A stretch of DNA of 64,000 nt from Lytechinus pictus. Taxonomy: Eukaryota. Made by a program: the position numbers and the translations under genes. This document shows, one piece after another, positions 39,747 through 55,870 of this stretch (the first letter of the stretch is position 1; the number at the start of each line of letters is the position of its first letter). The stretch is from the NCBI RefSeq assembly GCF_037042905.1, contig NC_087251.1:18478001-18542000 (forward strand), read 5' to 3'. Under the pieces are notes generated by a model. That model had not been told where the DNA came from. It searched no databases and saw only the letters and a list, made by a program, of their open reading frames with translations.

Positions 39747-42700
39747 GTAAGATTGAGATTACAGCAACAGAGAGAATAAATAATTATAAAAATGGTAACG
39801 AATTCAGTGATGAAGACGGTGATAATGGTGACAATGATGGTAACTATAATAATTAGGATAATAGATATTTAACACCAAACGTTAGGGGGTTGTTTCATTC
39901 TTCTCCCACTATTCACAGTTCGCCCTAACGTAGATTCCTTTCCCCTCTCTGTCACCTTGCCCATTGGCGGAATAAACTTACTGTTCTCTCCTACTGTCGA
40001 CGTCATGGTAGCTTTTAGGCAGATGATGCTAGGCTGATACTGACAATAGTATTATCCATTTGATTACTATTATCAAAACAAGCAATAAAATAAACAATTT
40101 TAATTAAGTTGATTCGTTTATCCGTAACAAATTAAAAAAAGGGAAAGCAAAATTTACAATTCATTTTAACTTTTAAAAAAAATACTCACTGACTGAATAG
40201 TATAGCATTTCATGTGGTTGGGATGTCTGAACAGAATACATAACAGAATATCTCAATGGACTTATAACACAGATAGCTCAATTATTTTTTAAATATATTT
40301 GTCTGTGATTAGTACTGTACATACGGAAAATTCTATGACGAGTTTGTATTGTAATGTAATCACATGATATGACGATGGTTTATCTTTTATGTCGTTATTA
40401 TGACAGCTTACGACCTTCTCCACATCCTTCACCGAACATAGATCACGCTCCATTATTATTGCAGTTCATATTTTAATTTTCATGATTATTGCAGCTTTGT
40501 TGTCAGTTTATAACAGATTATTGTTCACGATCATGCGGGTGATCTGACTTATTTACTTATCATATAGATTAAGAATTAATCTCTATGGGTTCGTTCTACT
40601 ACATGATATAAAACAATCTTGTAAAATATATATATTCTTGATGAAGACGATTAATTGCAGCAGTGCAGAACTTTTTAACGGTGAATAAAAACGTCAACTG
40701 TGGCAACTATAAACTTTGGGGTTCAGGCATGTATTATGTATCTTTGCCTTAATTCATGCCCTCGGTTTAATTCCATCCATGCCACTTCTTTAATTTGGCT
40801 GCCTTCTCATAAATCATTCTTCCCCAGACTCAGTTTTCTTCTACGATAATTGGATTATCGCATCCCCATGGTGGGTAAATTAGCTGGCATCGGGGTATCA
40901 TTCTAGGGGTTATTAGATTAGAAAGGTTGGAGTACAAAAAGGAAAGAGTCTTTCCATCTGAGCCCAGTGTTAATGCTTCAAAATTAGTGAAAATGTTGAA
41001 ACTCTGCAGGTTAACATCATCTCACACATAAATCGCATGGTATCTCTATGTATTATAAAATTTCCATTATTACTTGAAACGTAGTTTAAAAGTTTATTTA
41101 TTCTATATAGATGTGCATAGTGGAAAAGACTTTTCAAATCATCAAACTCTTTATTGGTACCACATAAGCAAATTTTAGGAATAATGATTTAGAAATATTG
41201 TTCTTATGTCTCAATATATAATACTCTGTTTCTAATCATCAGACAAATGGTTCAATACGTAAAATAGAACAGTAATGCAGAGCAAAAGGCTCCATACATT
41301 GTAATGAAGAAGATGATATTACCTCCATTTAATCCTAAATAAGATATAAATGTTTGTCAGCCTCTTAGAAATAGTTTAAGGAATAATCAATTCATTATTC
41401 TATTACCTAGTTCCCTTTCCGTTCTTTTTCCATTTTTTTTTATAAATGGCTCTATGAGATGTATGATTTAAAACAAAGAAAATCGATGCTTTAATGATAA
41501 TAAATATTAATGGTAATGAAGCTCTAAAAATAATCTAACGTTATGCGCAATATTTAAAGAAAAAATGAGATTCACAATGCGTTACTAGTGTCTCCATTAG
41601 TACAGGGATTCTTATTCTTATTCAACTATTTCATAATCACAAACCCGCAGTGCAAAGACAAACTTATCGGCCCATATTCTGCATCTGAATTCTGGTTTAA
41701 TTCAAAATATGTCTAGGCTCCGTTAGCCATAATGTGGGATCCGTATATGTCCAATTCATCAACTCTTTTGCCATAAAAAACTATTGACAAATTATAACAT
41801 GTGACTCTTAAAGAGTACAACAAATTTTCCATATATTTGCCCTTCCATAAATTTAGCACAAATTTTAATCGTGCTTTAAGAGTTTATAATACGGGTCGCA
41901 CCATTTATGCTGTCATCTACTAAAAGGTGTACACTGAAACGATGTTTAACAACATTACTTCATCCAGATGGGCTCTGTTACCGAAATTATGTCATTTTTT
42001 CATTACATTTTAAAAAGAAACTGTGGCCCTTATCAGTAGTATCTAAGGATAGGCAACGCAGGATATTGCCAGGATGTTATGAGTGCCTTACACTATTCCA
42101 AGATCCCTTTTTTATGACATCGTATCCTCCAACTGGAGCAGAAATACACGGGTTTCGGCTGTAAGAAAGGTCGAAAGAACTTTCATCAGATTACGAACAA
42201 GCCTTATTTTGGCGCGAAGGTCTGGATATAAAGATGTTCGTGGACATGCATATATTTGCACTTAAAAGCACAGTCTCATTATTTTTTCTTCTACCCCCTT
42301 TCTCTCTCTTCATATCCGAGCTTTATCTCATCTCTCCTTCTTTCTCTCTCACTCTCTCTTGATTTTCATCTAAACTCTCTCTCCCTTTCTCCATGTTCTC
42401 GCTGGTGTTACTTCGCAATTTCCCCTTTTAGTTTGTCACTTTTTCATCTCAGTCATTGTTTCTTCTCCCTCGCACAGCCACACACACACACCCCAAAGAA
42501 ATACCCTTACATTAAAACATACTTGATGATTGTACTAAAACATGGGGGATGTAAAATAAATAGTGTGTTGCATCCCCCAATAGTGATCAGTCAATTCCTC
42601 TCCACGATACTGTTGATGAAAACAAACCAATAATTGTAATGATGAGAACAATAGCTGGATCTTGCCTAGCAACCCCATAACCCAACACTGTATGGGCATG

Positions 42701-44744
42701 AACCAATCATATTATTTACAAGGTCATATTGTCCTAAACTGAGTGAACGGCACTAATCACACTTAAAACAATATCTCTTTAGGCACATAATTTCGCTTGT
42801 TTCAATTTATTACGGTCAGTGATTATTATTGCACTATAACAACTTTCTAGGTGACAATGACAGATAAACTTGGATTTAATCATTTTTTTTTATCACTTTC
42901 TTTTATTTATTTACATGAGAAAGCACGATTTTGCATGTGCGAGTCCGTTTATTGACGCTTTCATGTGCATATTGGTCAATTTAAAACAATCGATAATAAT
43001 TTATTTTAAAAGTAATAAACATTATTTTTAATCATTATTATTATTTTCATCTTCGATGTATTATCAGACGCTAGGACTACTGGGGCGAATATGGCATATA
43101 ACGCATTCTCTTTACATTGTTTTGAATCTATTTCAGTTGAAAACCAACCAAACTTGTTCCCCTGCCTGATTGGCGGTCGTCCTGCTTGACCTTCCGAACT
43201 CTTCTTTCCTCACGTTCAGAAAAAAAATAGATGTAAAGAAATAGCTTTACAATATTAATGTGCCTGGATGCTGACTAACGAAACCTCGTACACGAATTTA
43301 CGGTCAGAACATCGTCTCGAACCAGAGGTAGAAAAGGAAAATGACTTTGAACCAATATTAATATTGAGCGGAGCTTTTAATAAAAGAGATGTTAAACGTA
43401 TGAGTGCCAGAACTATGCATTCATGATTATAATGCTTTGTTTATTTGTTTGTTGCTGTTATTTATTGGTAGAGAGAAGTATTTGAGTTCTAAAGATGCTA
43501 TACGATGAAAATATATGTATATGGAAATATCCTCCGTTTGCTGACTGAAGAGAAGAGTCTATGTTAGATTTTGTATTTGAACAGGGACAATGCACATATA
43601 TCATAAAGACAAATGAAACTTCACTCCAACTGCAAGGGAACTGAGAGTATATAATTTGATCATATCATGCTGGGGGTAGTACGGAATCATCAAATATTCA
43701 TGTAGGACTTATTTCATTTAAAATAATTTTATGTACAAAGACAAGCCTGTATCGTCAGAACAGAGAGATATATATTTTGTAAGAATGGGAATCATTTGCA
43801 TTTAGAAAGAAATTCATATTCCATCTCTTTATTCGTTGAATTAAAAAAAATGAATGAGGCATGACATATTGATTCAGCTGGTAAAATTGTTTTCCACTCT
43901 TTTTAATTATCGTTCTTAGATACAAGTCATGATACAAATGTGCTTACACCGAAATTTCTTTGAAAAAAAACATCCAGGGACCGAATTAAAGAAACTGAAC
44001 CTTCTCAGTTATATTAAAAATACTAAGGTTTTGAGGATTTTTTTTTCAAAATCATTTCGATAGTAAGTCCCTAATTCATAAAACTTAAAATGATGCTTAA
44101 AACCTATGTATAATTGTTATCAGGTATCATTAATAACGTTGTTTCATTGTTTGGTCACTGGGACAAGGTCAAATGTCATTTCAAATAATTGAACTATGTA
44201 CAACTCTATATTTTGTTCATTATTTTAAAAGTATGCATATATTTATCAACCTTATGTTCTGAAATCCATCACAAAATGTAAAAAAAACGTTACGAGATAT
44301 TACTGGAGTGATCGATATCATGACAATTTGGGTGGACATCGCAATGACTTTGACTGTGTTTACATAACTTAATATCATGAAAATTATGTTCGATATGTCA
44401 GCTTTCAGCGATGTAATTAAGCAATAACCTGGTTAACCCTTGCTTTCGGCATTGTTTCATTTTCCTGGCCTCATCTTCTATCGTTCCTCACAGGCACAAC
44501 AGTCAGAAAAAAAACACCTGTGACGTGTTTTGATGATGAATTCAAGCAACAGATCGATGTGGGACATTTGAAATCGATATTAATCAATCATAATGATATA
44601 TTAAAACGCATACTGTACAAGCATTAATCATATTAAACAAACAAGAGGATTGCATACAATCGTGACGTAAGAAGCGTTTGTATCCATGTAGATATATACA
44701 TCCCCTCTAATTTGTAAAAAAAAATACAGTAGTATAAGAAGCGG

Positions 44745-44890
44745 TAGTAAAGTAATAGTAGTAGTATAGTAGTATTAATAGAAGTAGAAATACTAGGAGT
44801 TGGAGTAGAAGTAGTGATATTAGTATAGTAGTAGTAGTAGTAGTAGTGGTAGTAGTCGTTGTAGTAGTAGTAGTAGTTGTAGTAGTAATA

Positions 44891-44952
<62 letters not shown>

Positions 44953-45001
44953 ATCAACAGGTAGAAGAAGAATAAGAAGAAGAAGAGGAAAAAGAAGAAG
45001 A

Positions 45002-45034
<33 letters not shown>

Positions 45035-45090
45035 GGAAGACGAAGTAGTAGTAGAAGAAGAAGAAGGAGGAGGAGGAGGAGGAGTAAGAG
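44745..45090. repeat. Compound (TAG)n / (AAG,GAG)n microsatellite
   Basis: TAG run ~44745-44952 followed by AAG/AGG runs; source of spurious low-complexity ORFs. Confidence 0.97.
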
Positions 45091-47986
45091 AAGAAGCATG
45101 ACGAAAAGGAGAAAGATAAGCATAAAGAAAAGTAGTGTGATAAGAAGAGGAAAATATGAGGATGAATCAATGACCACCTAACTGTAATCAAGACTGGCGT
45201 TGACCTGACTCAGTGTAAAGATGGCCGTGCACCATATCAAAGAGTTATGGGCTACCATTGGCGACGACTCGTAAATGTTAAAAGTGATTAAAAAAAACTT
45301 TGTACGTCTCCCGTGACCTTTCAAGTGAGATTGATATCAATACTCTTCTGTAACCGGAACTCGTTTCACCTGCCTAATCGATCATCGTCTGATCACGGGT
45401 GTTAATAACAAAGATTATAAAAACCTTTTTGAGATGACCCCTACTCTAACTTATAGGGTCCATGTGAAACTCATAGAAATATCATATCGTACGAATCAAA
45501 ACAAATATAAAGCTTACATAACCGTTGAAAATAGGGCTTCAATCGGAAAGATATATCAGCTATTAATTTCTACGTCTTCACGGTCTTCGGGATGGTTAAT
45601 AAAACTTAAATAAGAGAAGATCCCTTACTATAGCGCATGGAATTCGAGAAGTTTGACCAGTATGTCGCGTTGTAACAGCAGAGGTTTCTGGGTTTTTATT
45701 TTGATAAATCCGAAAATGTCTCCTTTACATTCGATAACTTTTTTTACTTATACACTTTTGTAATAAAATTGTAATCACCGATTACATATTTTTAATGTAG
45801 TCCAATGACAACATGCCAACAAATAATTTAAAACGAGCAGGTATCATATTCTGTGTCTTCATAAAACTAATTTTCAAGATTCACAAATTAGTGTATTCAG
45901 TGCTTCCATTATACGAAAAATATATCATTATAATGTAGATTATTACAGGCGCGGATCCATCAAGGGGAAAGAGGGGGACTTGCCCCCCCCCCCCAACCCT
46001 GACCAAAATTTGTACAAAAACAATGCCACAGTATGTTGTCCCCCTTGTCAGCTTTTTTATGAGACTAGGATGGATGTAGGTCCTTTTAAGCGAATACTTT
46101 TTTTAGGCACAGAAAATGTGACGGATAATTCTTGAGTGATGCATGATAATGGTGAATTTTCAATATTCACACTAAAAATACACGTGGGCTTTACTTCTAT
46201 GATCGATTGTTTTCGAACTCTATCATGTATTCATACAAAGTCAGGGTAATTTGTGACGTGTTTCGACTGTAAATATTAATTTTGACCATTGATGAGTTGT
46301 ATGCCGTCACATTGACACTGTTTGAACACACATAAATCCTTTTCAAAAATCGTTTGAACTTGTCTCATCGGTTTAGCTCCTTCAGTAAATAAAGTGGGAA
46401 ATATTACGTCACCGTTTTCAAAGGGCATCATAATTATTTTGACTGAAAAGACATACGACACAGTCACTTTGAATGACGTCAGCTTGAGTCCTGGACTGTT
46501 CAAATAGTTCATGTTCTCTTATGATTACATCGAGATAACATATTTATATTAACAATATTCATACAACATATAAACTCCTCAAAAAAGGTTTGGAAATCTG
46601 ACTTTGATCCACAATCCTTCCTCTGTTTTAGTAAATATTAATGTTTGATTGATACCAATAGATAATGCTCTTGAAAATAATACCCTACATGATATGATTA
46701 TGGTTCACATGGAGGTGCAGTGCCTTGACACAAGAGTTGCAAAATGACACAATATTGAAAGTCACTGTTCTTTTTTTCCCTAGGTGATGAGTGAGTTTCT
46801 CAGTGGTTTCTTTTGTTTTCATGCACCTTAACATCAATATTAACATGGAGTCAAACACACCTCTGCACAAGCAAACACATACCAAAAAAACAAAGCATGG
46901 GTATTTCAAACCACGACTCAAACCATGTTACTTCACAGAACCATCACTACATAAGCCACAACAAAACGTCAAAAATGAAAAGCAGGGGCTTGATTTGAAT
47001 GGATAATTTGCATCTTTATTGACACAGACAATGTTCTTTATTGACCCTTCATAACCATTTCTGCTCGTTTTGCAGCTTTTCAATTCAGACCTTCTCCAAC
47101 ACTTTTGAATCCTGCCCTTTTCATGATGGCATGAGTATAACAAGCATGGTATCATTTTAAAGAAAATTAAATAATCTTTTGAATGATATCAAAAATGCAT
47201 TGTGTAAAAAATTGTGAGTTGGGAAAAATTAATGGCTAAACTCAGATTTCCAAACTTTTTTGAGGTTTTTTTTTGTTTGTTGAAGGAACCAAATTTTCTG
47301 ACCACCTTATAAACATTAATTTTGCCTTATTTTGATCATAAAAACTACATTGCGCAATTAAGTTCTTAGGAAGACAGATTATATTCATAACATGTTGTAG
47401 GGTCGAGATACGATTCTAGAAGCCTAAATTCTTACGAACGCCTAAAGCTGTTAATCATGTTCATAGTAGGGTCTTACTGCGTTTGTAAGAGATTCGTACG
47501 GCGATCTTGCGGAAGACTAATTGGCGTTTCAGTGTAGGGCGTTCGTAAAGGACTCATTAAACGTAGTATAGGTACACAATTTGTGCAACTGTTGAGCAAA
47601 ATCTTCTTTCGAATTACTTGAGAGTGCATGAATTCTATTACGACCATCTTGTAACAACATCAATGGTAAGATGATCGTAAATCTGACGGAAGAATAACTC
47701 AAGGCATTCTTGTGAAGAAAAAAAACGTTAGAATTCTAGGGCCATTGTATTACCGAAAATCATTTCATTTTTTCAAGAAGGTCTCAAGTTGTTCTTAAGA
47801 AGGCCGTAAGAATCTATTTCCCATCTCTCTACGAACTACGGACAGTGAGATTCGTACGCGTGACTCATTCATACGAACATTTGTGACCGTAGCTTCAATT
47901 GAAGTTGCCTGTGAAGTTAAAAACTAATTTGGAGATCCATGGTACGATCCTCGCCGTTGGTCACATATTTCGGATGCGGACATTAA

Positions 47987-48570
47987 AGGAGAATGAAACC
48001 CTTGAAACCAGCTGAATCCATATCAAAGAGAACAATCAAAGAAACATATTGTTGAAAGTTTGAGGAAGATTGAATGAATAATAAAAAAGTTATGAGCATT
48101 TGAATATTGAGATCACTAATGCCATGTAGATCCTCCCATTGGCAATGCGACCAAGATCTGTGATGTCACACACGTACAACTCCCTCATTACTTTAGTACT
48201 TATTTCACTTATATTCTCACTTTTATAGAGTCTATCACAAGGTGAGGTGTTCATTTTATGAGAGGACGAGTACAGAGGTTTCACAACATTATATCATTGA
48301 TGAATCGTTTGTCATATGGTTAGAATGAGCAAAAAGAGATGTTTTGGGGTATATTTTCAGTGTCCAAATGGGGAGAGTTGTTCATCTGTGACAACATAGA
48401 TCTTGGTCGCATTGTCAATGAGAGGATCACCATAGCATTAGTGATCTCAACATTCAAATGCTCATAACTCTTCTATTGCTAGTCCTATTTTACTCAAACT
48501 TTTTTTTATCTTATTCTTTGATTTTTCTGCTTTCACAAAAGCTAACTTGCTCCAAGAGTTTCATTCTCCT
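47987..48570. mobile_element. Kolobok-like MITE with ~190-bp TIRs and TTAA TSD
   Basis: TTAA-AGGAGAATGAAAC ... GTTTCATTCTCCT-TTAA. Long arms including TTATGAGCATTTGAAT..GAGATCACTAATGC pair with their complement. Confidence 0.88.
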
Positions 48571-49307
48571 TTAAGGTTTGTCCCAAAACTCAAATAATCA
48601 CTACTTACAATAAGCTCATGGTGTCATAAGTGAAATATTTGCTTTCTGGCTATGGTCACTTGCAAAAATAATATCCAATCCTTTTAATAGCTAACATGAA
48701 AATAAAACAGAATGACATGACTAAAACGTATTAGTCAAAATTCAGTTTGCCTCAATATCCACATACGAACCGCCAAAACATTGCCTAATATGATACCTGG
48801 TGGCCTGCACCATATTTTTTATTCATTCTATTAAACCACCTATTCCAAGTCGACATCCATATATGTTCCACTCTTTGCCAGTTGCGGGCGCTCTCTCGCT
48901 CACCGTCGAAATGACTGAGATTTTATATTTCGCTTCCATGCAGCACACTACACGGGACTATGATATAGGTTATTTAAGAATAGAAGTGGAATCTCATTAT
49001 TATCCAGATGTAGTTAACTCATCAGTGTAAATGCAAAGTGATAGTACAAATAAAAATAAGAGGTTCGTAAGCTAATTTCGGCATGACCGTTGAATATAAA
49101 GAAATTAAAAAGCAAGTTGCGTTCTTCCTTTAAAAACTTTCGGCTAAGCCAATGATAATTGACCTGTAGATTGACATAATCTTCTAAGCGAAAACCAAAC
49201 AAACACCACAACAAAAGTAAAAAGAAGAAGCTCTCATTCCAGTTTGTAGATTACAATAATTTGTGGCCCTTGACTATGTGTACACCTTTATTTACATGAA
49301 ACCCCCC

Positions 49308-49340
<33 letters not shown>

Positions 49341-52300
49341 GTAAATAAGTAAATAAATAAATGAATAAATGAATAATTAAAAAATACATGTGCATTTACA
49401 CGACAAATAAATAAAATTTACTAATTTTGTTGTTTTAAATGAATAATATAGATCTATTTGTATATTGCGATTTATAAAATTGTGTTTGATTGTCTGCTAA
49501 ATTATAAATGATTTTTGTTTTAGCGTCCTCTATTTTAATGCCAAGTTCATCCCAACAACAAATTGACTTGGCATAAGAAAATGAGAAAAGCGAGATTATC
49601 TCAAACTCAGATGTGAAATTAAAAACAAATTATAGCATTTTATATATTTCACCGAACAGTTGTAGTCACATCAGAAAAGTCACATCATTTTTTTTATAGA
49701 TGTCTTGATAAAGAGGATACATATACCACACTACAATAAATTGAAAGGAAAACCGAAATATTATATTTCATGTTGTTAAATTAAAAAAAAATCTTTTTAA
49801 CAGCTTTAACTCTCTCATTTCAGATATCGCTGTTTTGTGTAAACAAAATAAACCTAGAATATCATAACTTATTTGATTTTTGTCTATGCCTGTTCAATTG
49901 TTCACTGTTTATTCAAATCAACTTATGGTTGGATGGATCGGACCTTTTAATTGATGATTACATTAAAAAAAACGATATTGATCACAACCTGTAGGTTTAT
50001 ACAATATACCACACATAAGAATATAACAAAGACACAAAAATACGCTATAAACATAATCCAATTACAGTCGTAACTATTTATATTAGTAATGAGAAAACTC
50101 TCAAAGAGATAATGGAGAAGACATCAAGTCGGGCTCATGAATGCATGCTGGTAAAAAATGACATTTCAAAGAGTCGTAACGAAATTCATTGATTTATATG
50201 GCAGCGCCTAGGAGTAAGTTCTAAACATTCAAGTTAGTTTATGACCACCTCCCCTAGCATTTCGTTCATTGGGGTTCATTCATAATTGAATTGGTTCATC
50301 GATTAAGTCGGTAACATCTGTCCGATTTTTCATCGATTTTTCCATAAAAAGTACATCCTGAATATATCGGTCTCCATTCGTTTAAACAATTTTTATTTCC
50401 TGTCATCATTCCTGTAGAAGTTGCAAATGAATTGATACTCTTCGGTGATTTTTAACAATTATTATTTGTTGATGAAACGGGTTTAGTACGAGCATAATAT
50501 GGATTGGAATATAAATAAGCATGGTTGCACCTCCTGGGGATGTTCGTTTTATCATCTCCCACATGTGAATAAGAGTAGTAGGACAGACACTTCGCCAAGA
50601 ATTCAAATGCGGAAAGCAAAGCAAAGAAAAAAGGTGGGGGCACGACTACATCAGTATTCTTAAATAACCATCCTGAGATCCCAATAGCTTTAAGAATATT
50701 TGAAATATCAGCTGAAGTCAGAATGATGATAAATAGGTAATCTCTAAGTCACGTGTTCGTAAATAAACATGATTATATTTCAAATCGTCAGTGCTGTTGG
50801 GAGGGTTTTTCCAAGCATATACAGTACCAAGCTACGAGTCTCAATGTCAGCATGTATGATTATTATGAATATCTGTAGAGCGTTTGAGAAGCAGCTACGA
50901 CGTGTTGAGTAATACATGAAACCACAGCCTTATTGTTACCTATTTTTATACATCTGCTACAATATGATAATTCAATCATTCCTAATATCTGTCATATCAC
51001 TTTCTATAGCTCCCGCAGAAGAGAAACTGAAATGATGCGCCGGGTATTTTATAGGAGGTGTGGAACTATTTTAATAAGTTTTATCTTCGTATCCAAAGCT
51101 GCAAATTAAGCAATTATCGGCGAGTTTAATCATGAGAGATAGTGAATTCTAATGACAATTTATCAGAAAAAGAAGCAATTAGGTTAAATGGTCTTTCATT
51201 GGTCAGGTCAATTCAGCGCAGTAATATTGCTGATCAACGTTGCTGCGGTGGTGAATGTGACCGAACATTGTGGTCGCATATACTGTCACACCAAACATGC
51301 TTTCTCCAATATTGAACAAAACATCGAAATTATCGGCATGATCGTTCGTTGTGGGGATATTTCTGAGTGTAACTGCTAACACAAATAATATACTACTATG
51401 ACGTTTTGATAGTATTCCGTCGATCATTCTTTAATTTGTACAGTGCCAAAATGAGAGAACTGAAGATAATTTTGGGGAGGAGCTATTAAAACTGGAAAAA
51501 TTATAGGGTTCTATAATTATTATTATCGTTATTATTATTATCATTATTATTATTATTATCATCATCACCAGCAGCAGCAGCATCATCATCACTACTACTT
51601 TTGTTAATGTTATAAATATAGTTTTTGTTGTCATTATAGTTTATGTCATCATTTTAACTTTCATTTGCAATTGTTGGAGGAATGTACCGTATACATTGAA
51701 ATTCATTGTCAATGCAAATATCTAAAATGATTATTCTGTTATGAATGATAACAATTAAGATGAGTCTTTTCTATTTCACTGCTATTTCATTTGATTATAC
51801 TTCGTTTGAAAAAAAAAATCGTTTAGAACATTGATTGCCTTACTACTAAAAATACATTTCATCTCATTACACTAAATTCAATATGAAAACCTCACGTCCT
51901 CGACAAAAGATGATGAGAATAAAATTCTTTTAAAGCTAATTATGTTGTCTGCTATATGAGTCCAAAGAAAAAAAAGACTGTTGCCTTGACAACAACCTTT
52001 ATCAACATAACGCGTCCCCCAAAAAGCTGGGAATGAAATTTGAATTATTCATTCATTCATTCCAGTTATTAGATTTGCATTAATCATGATTTTGCCTTGG
52101 AAGCAGAAGCACAATATTGTTATATATACACATGCGTGTATATTGAAAGACTCATAATGTGACGTGATGGGTGACTCTTAAACAGACACAATCCTAGTGA
52201 AATTCAATACGGCTTGTTTGTTTGTTTGTCTGCTTGTTTGTTTTTGGGTGTTATAACTGTTATGTTGTATGAGATGACACAAAATGTTTATGTTTATTCA

Positions 52301-52912
52301 TCATTTTATTGCTGTATCAGTGTTCCGATGTTAGTGAAAACATTGACGATAAAACAAAAATATTATATGCAGTGAACAATATCTCATTTCATTTTGACAA
52401 GAATTAGATGACAAAGTTTACAACCAATATCATATTTCAATTGACGTCTTAGCAATAGAAAATAACGAAGTGCAGTAATCTGGAAAAGTATAATGATAAA
52501 CATTTATTTTTTTCTCGTTTAAGTTTTCTTTCTCATAGAACTCCTTATATTCTGAAAAAAAGAGAACCAGAACGTCCATTTTACATGCGGGGAATCCCAT
52601 TGGTAGATTTAATTATTACGAGGTCCATTATACCAAAGTACGCATTAAAACGAAAGTATTAGAAACATTCAGTGACGTAAAGATACCAAACTTTGTATTA
52701 TATTACAAAAGGCGTTTTAAATACATACGAAGCTGCGTAATGCAGCATGCATTCACTGGAAACTCTCGGAACTTGGCATTTATACAATGTCCATCCTTGT
52801 CGATGTTTCGTCACTTCGAAACTTTGTGACACGTGACCTATTACTGGTAACCCACTTTCTCCTTTGTTCTAATTACTTTTGATCTCTTTTCTGTTTTTTT
52901 TTCTTTTGATAG

Positions 52913-53047
52913 AAATTTGAGAAGCCATTCTTGCAATCTGTAAAGGAGACATTAGAAGACAGATATAACGAGAAGATTGAGGCAATCTACATCACATTCA
53001 CCAAATTCGTCTTAGATCACGTGATAGCCGGTATGACAGGGACGTAG
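52913..53047 (+). CDS. GbXL: Globin X-like, coding exon 3 (G/H helices, stop)
   Basis: A long T-rich tract and TAG acceptor (52910-52912) precede KFEKPFLQSVKETLEDRYNEKIEAIYITFTKFVLDHVIAGMTGT-TAG. The 'PFL..VK.TL.DRY...IY' pattern is typical of GbX-like G/H helices. The three exons sum to 546 nt (181 aa plus stop). Confidence 0.92.
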   Translation, partial: KFEKPFLQSVKETLEDRYNEKIEAIYITFTKFVLDHVIAGMTGT

Positions 53048-55582
53048 CACGAAAAAAACTTACGTACATTCATGTACATAACTATGTAATTTTGCTACTA
53101 CAGGAGGTTTCATATACTGGCCACGCGCTGGAAACATATTCTGTGACGCAGATTGGTCACGTGATGCATTTACTTTTGGCTGATTGGATATTAGTAACAA
53201 GGAAAGTACAAGGGAGCAGTACACCGGGGCATTACATCCATGGAAAGCAAGTACAGTGCTGACGTTAAGGAGATTTTTATTCTTTGCGGATAAGAGAAAA
53301 AGAAGGAGTTCTCACCATAAAATGAACAATCATGTATCGACTGATATGTTGATCAGTTTGACAAAGACATCAACATTCGTCTTATGAGACATGAACTGAT
53401 ATTTAACAACCAGTGAGTGTTGTGGAAACAGATAATCTCGCCGCCATTTTCCTTCATCGAAATTATGATATCAATATATTTTCTTATGCTGTTGATACAA
53501 AACATGACAATGCTTGGCCATGTTTTGAAAGTGCACAGAACTTAAATATATAGAGCATCGTTTCTATGACCCTCGACGACGATTTTATAGGCAGTACCAA
53601 GGATGAAGCCATTGTTTAATTATTTTGTGTCACTGTGGTACATTATATTTTGTTGACATAATTTTGATTCATAACATGATGATGATGAGTTGGTTTCCAA
53701 GCAACTCATAATAACTGTACATCAATAACTGTACATCAATCCATATTTATTCATTTATATTATGTTTTGTGTTAGTGTATATTGGTGTTCTCCTAATTTG
53801 CCATTTTGATACAGAGCAATCGATGTGAAATTCAAAATAACTTTTGTAAACATCTTCATTTTTGGAAAGCCATTCATTAAAGCTTTTGCCAATAATCTTA
53901 TCAACGGTTTGATAATAACTTAAATGCTTAGTGCAAACATTAAGATAATTGATTTTATGTGTCCATGAGGTGATCTCGAATTGTTACTAAAGCTTCGTGA
54001 GTGACGAACTTTTTGGTATTTTTTCAATAAGTTTATTAGAGTAAGAGGTGCAAAATATGTTTATCGCTCCAGTAGCACATATTGGGCCTATATTGACAAA
54101 ATTGTAATCATCTTTTAATGAATTATTTACCCTTTCGCCTTTTGTATAAGTGTAATTTCACACATATGTGGTGATAATTTCGTATAAAAATGAACATAAC
54201 AGGACAGAGTCCTTTTGCATTGTAGCAGCATCTTCTAAGGACAGTGAAAAAAAAACTGACACAGTGAAAATAAACTGAAATCTTTACTGAAGTTATGGCC
54301 ATTTTCTTAATATGTCAAATTACAACGACAGTGCCACTTTCCATTAAATTATCTAGTAAAATATGGTTTGATTGTAGTAGCATCGACAGTATAAAACCAA
54401 TACTAACTATCAAGGGGCCGTGCCTTAGGGGGACAGGGGCAACCCTCTACTGTTTTTAAAGTAGTGAATAGGAAAGAAAACAAGAAAACTAAAAGGAAAA
54501 GTAGGAAGAAAGAGAGAAGAAGAGTATGCAATAAAGATATTTGTACCGGGTATCTGTATAATACTTATATTATTCAATCAAGAAAAAATACATCTTTAGC
54601 TCCCCCCCCCCCCCCCCATCTACATACCCTAGCCCTGTGATATAGATATTATCTGACCAGTCCATCTTTGTATGTTTATAAATCGTTTGTTTGCTATTAA
54701 TGCTTATGACTCCTTTTTCAAATTACATTTATATCAAACATGATGATAATAAGGTCACTGGGGAATCATACATACATGTATAAATAACGACTGCGAAATA
54801 ATTTATGATTTTTCTTTTGTACAGTGCGTTATCAGCTTAAGAATAAGAAGAATTGAAACAAAAAATATGCGCGCGTACCCTTACGAGTTACGATTAATAT
54901 TTTAAAGAAGTTGTAAGGAATCTTAAGCAATATTTCTTAGTTGCTATTGCCAATGGTTGTATAAAACTTCAAGTTATTTAAAATCGACACTACTAATTAC
55001 GTTGTAACTAGGCAAGGGTTCGATATTACCCATTTATACCTCAGGAAATGTTCAGGAGCAGTAACGGTTTCTATCGCTTGATAATGTTCATTAATGTTTG
55101 GCAAAAGTTCAGTTCTACATATAGAAAATCAACGATACTTGAACATCAATGGGTACAAAAAGAGAAAGAATATACACAGCAATAGAAAAGGAAAATGTTC
55201 GGACTGAAACTCCATGCTCGCTTACTAATTTCAAAGCCCACATTCAAAACAATATTTATATATAAAAGATATTCTCGTCAAAGCGAAGAGGAAGAAAAGC
55301 AACAAATAGAGCACCCTTTGGAAATGAATGACACAATTTTCAAATAATCAATATTTGCCGGGAGTTTTCCTAGCCTGGCGAACACTTTGCAATTAATACC
55401 TCCAGCGTTTATCATAGCCCCGTAACACCGATCTTAGTGATTGATCGTATAACTGCTTTTACGATCGATCATCCTCTAAAATTAATCGCACGATCAATCT
55501 CTAAGCTTTTTTTAAAGAGGGGCTGGTTTGTTTCTCATATGTCGAATAATGTTCAAAATTGGAGTAAAAACATATTACCACC

Positions 55583-55870
55583 CAGGGGCGGATCCAGGAT
55601 TTTCTAAAAGGGGGGCACATTTTTCCAAGGAAAAATTTTTCGTCCCAGAAAAAAATTGACAAGCAAAAAAAAGAAAAGGTTTTTAACCAAAAATTAAGGA
55701 GATTTCGTTCCAGAAAAAAAAATTGAACAAGCAAAGAAAAATCTTCACTTAAAATAAAAGGGGGGCACACTTCTGTTTCAACTGCATTTTTACATTACAA
55801 ATTTCAATTTTGCTTCTCAAAAGGGGGGGGGGGGGGCAAAGCCGGCCCGTGCCCCCTGGATCCGCCAGTG
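55583..55870. mobile_element. ~300-bp hAT-like MITE (reverse orientation)
   Basis: CAGGGGCGGATCCAGG ... CCTGGATCCGCCAGTG. Flanks TTACCACC / CTACCACC (7/8 TSD). Confidence 0.88.

Noticed and set aside
44707..45191. 156-aa and 123-aa low-complexity ORFs
   Set aside because: Compound (TAG)n/(AAG)n microsatellite.
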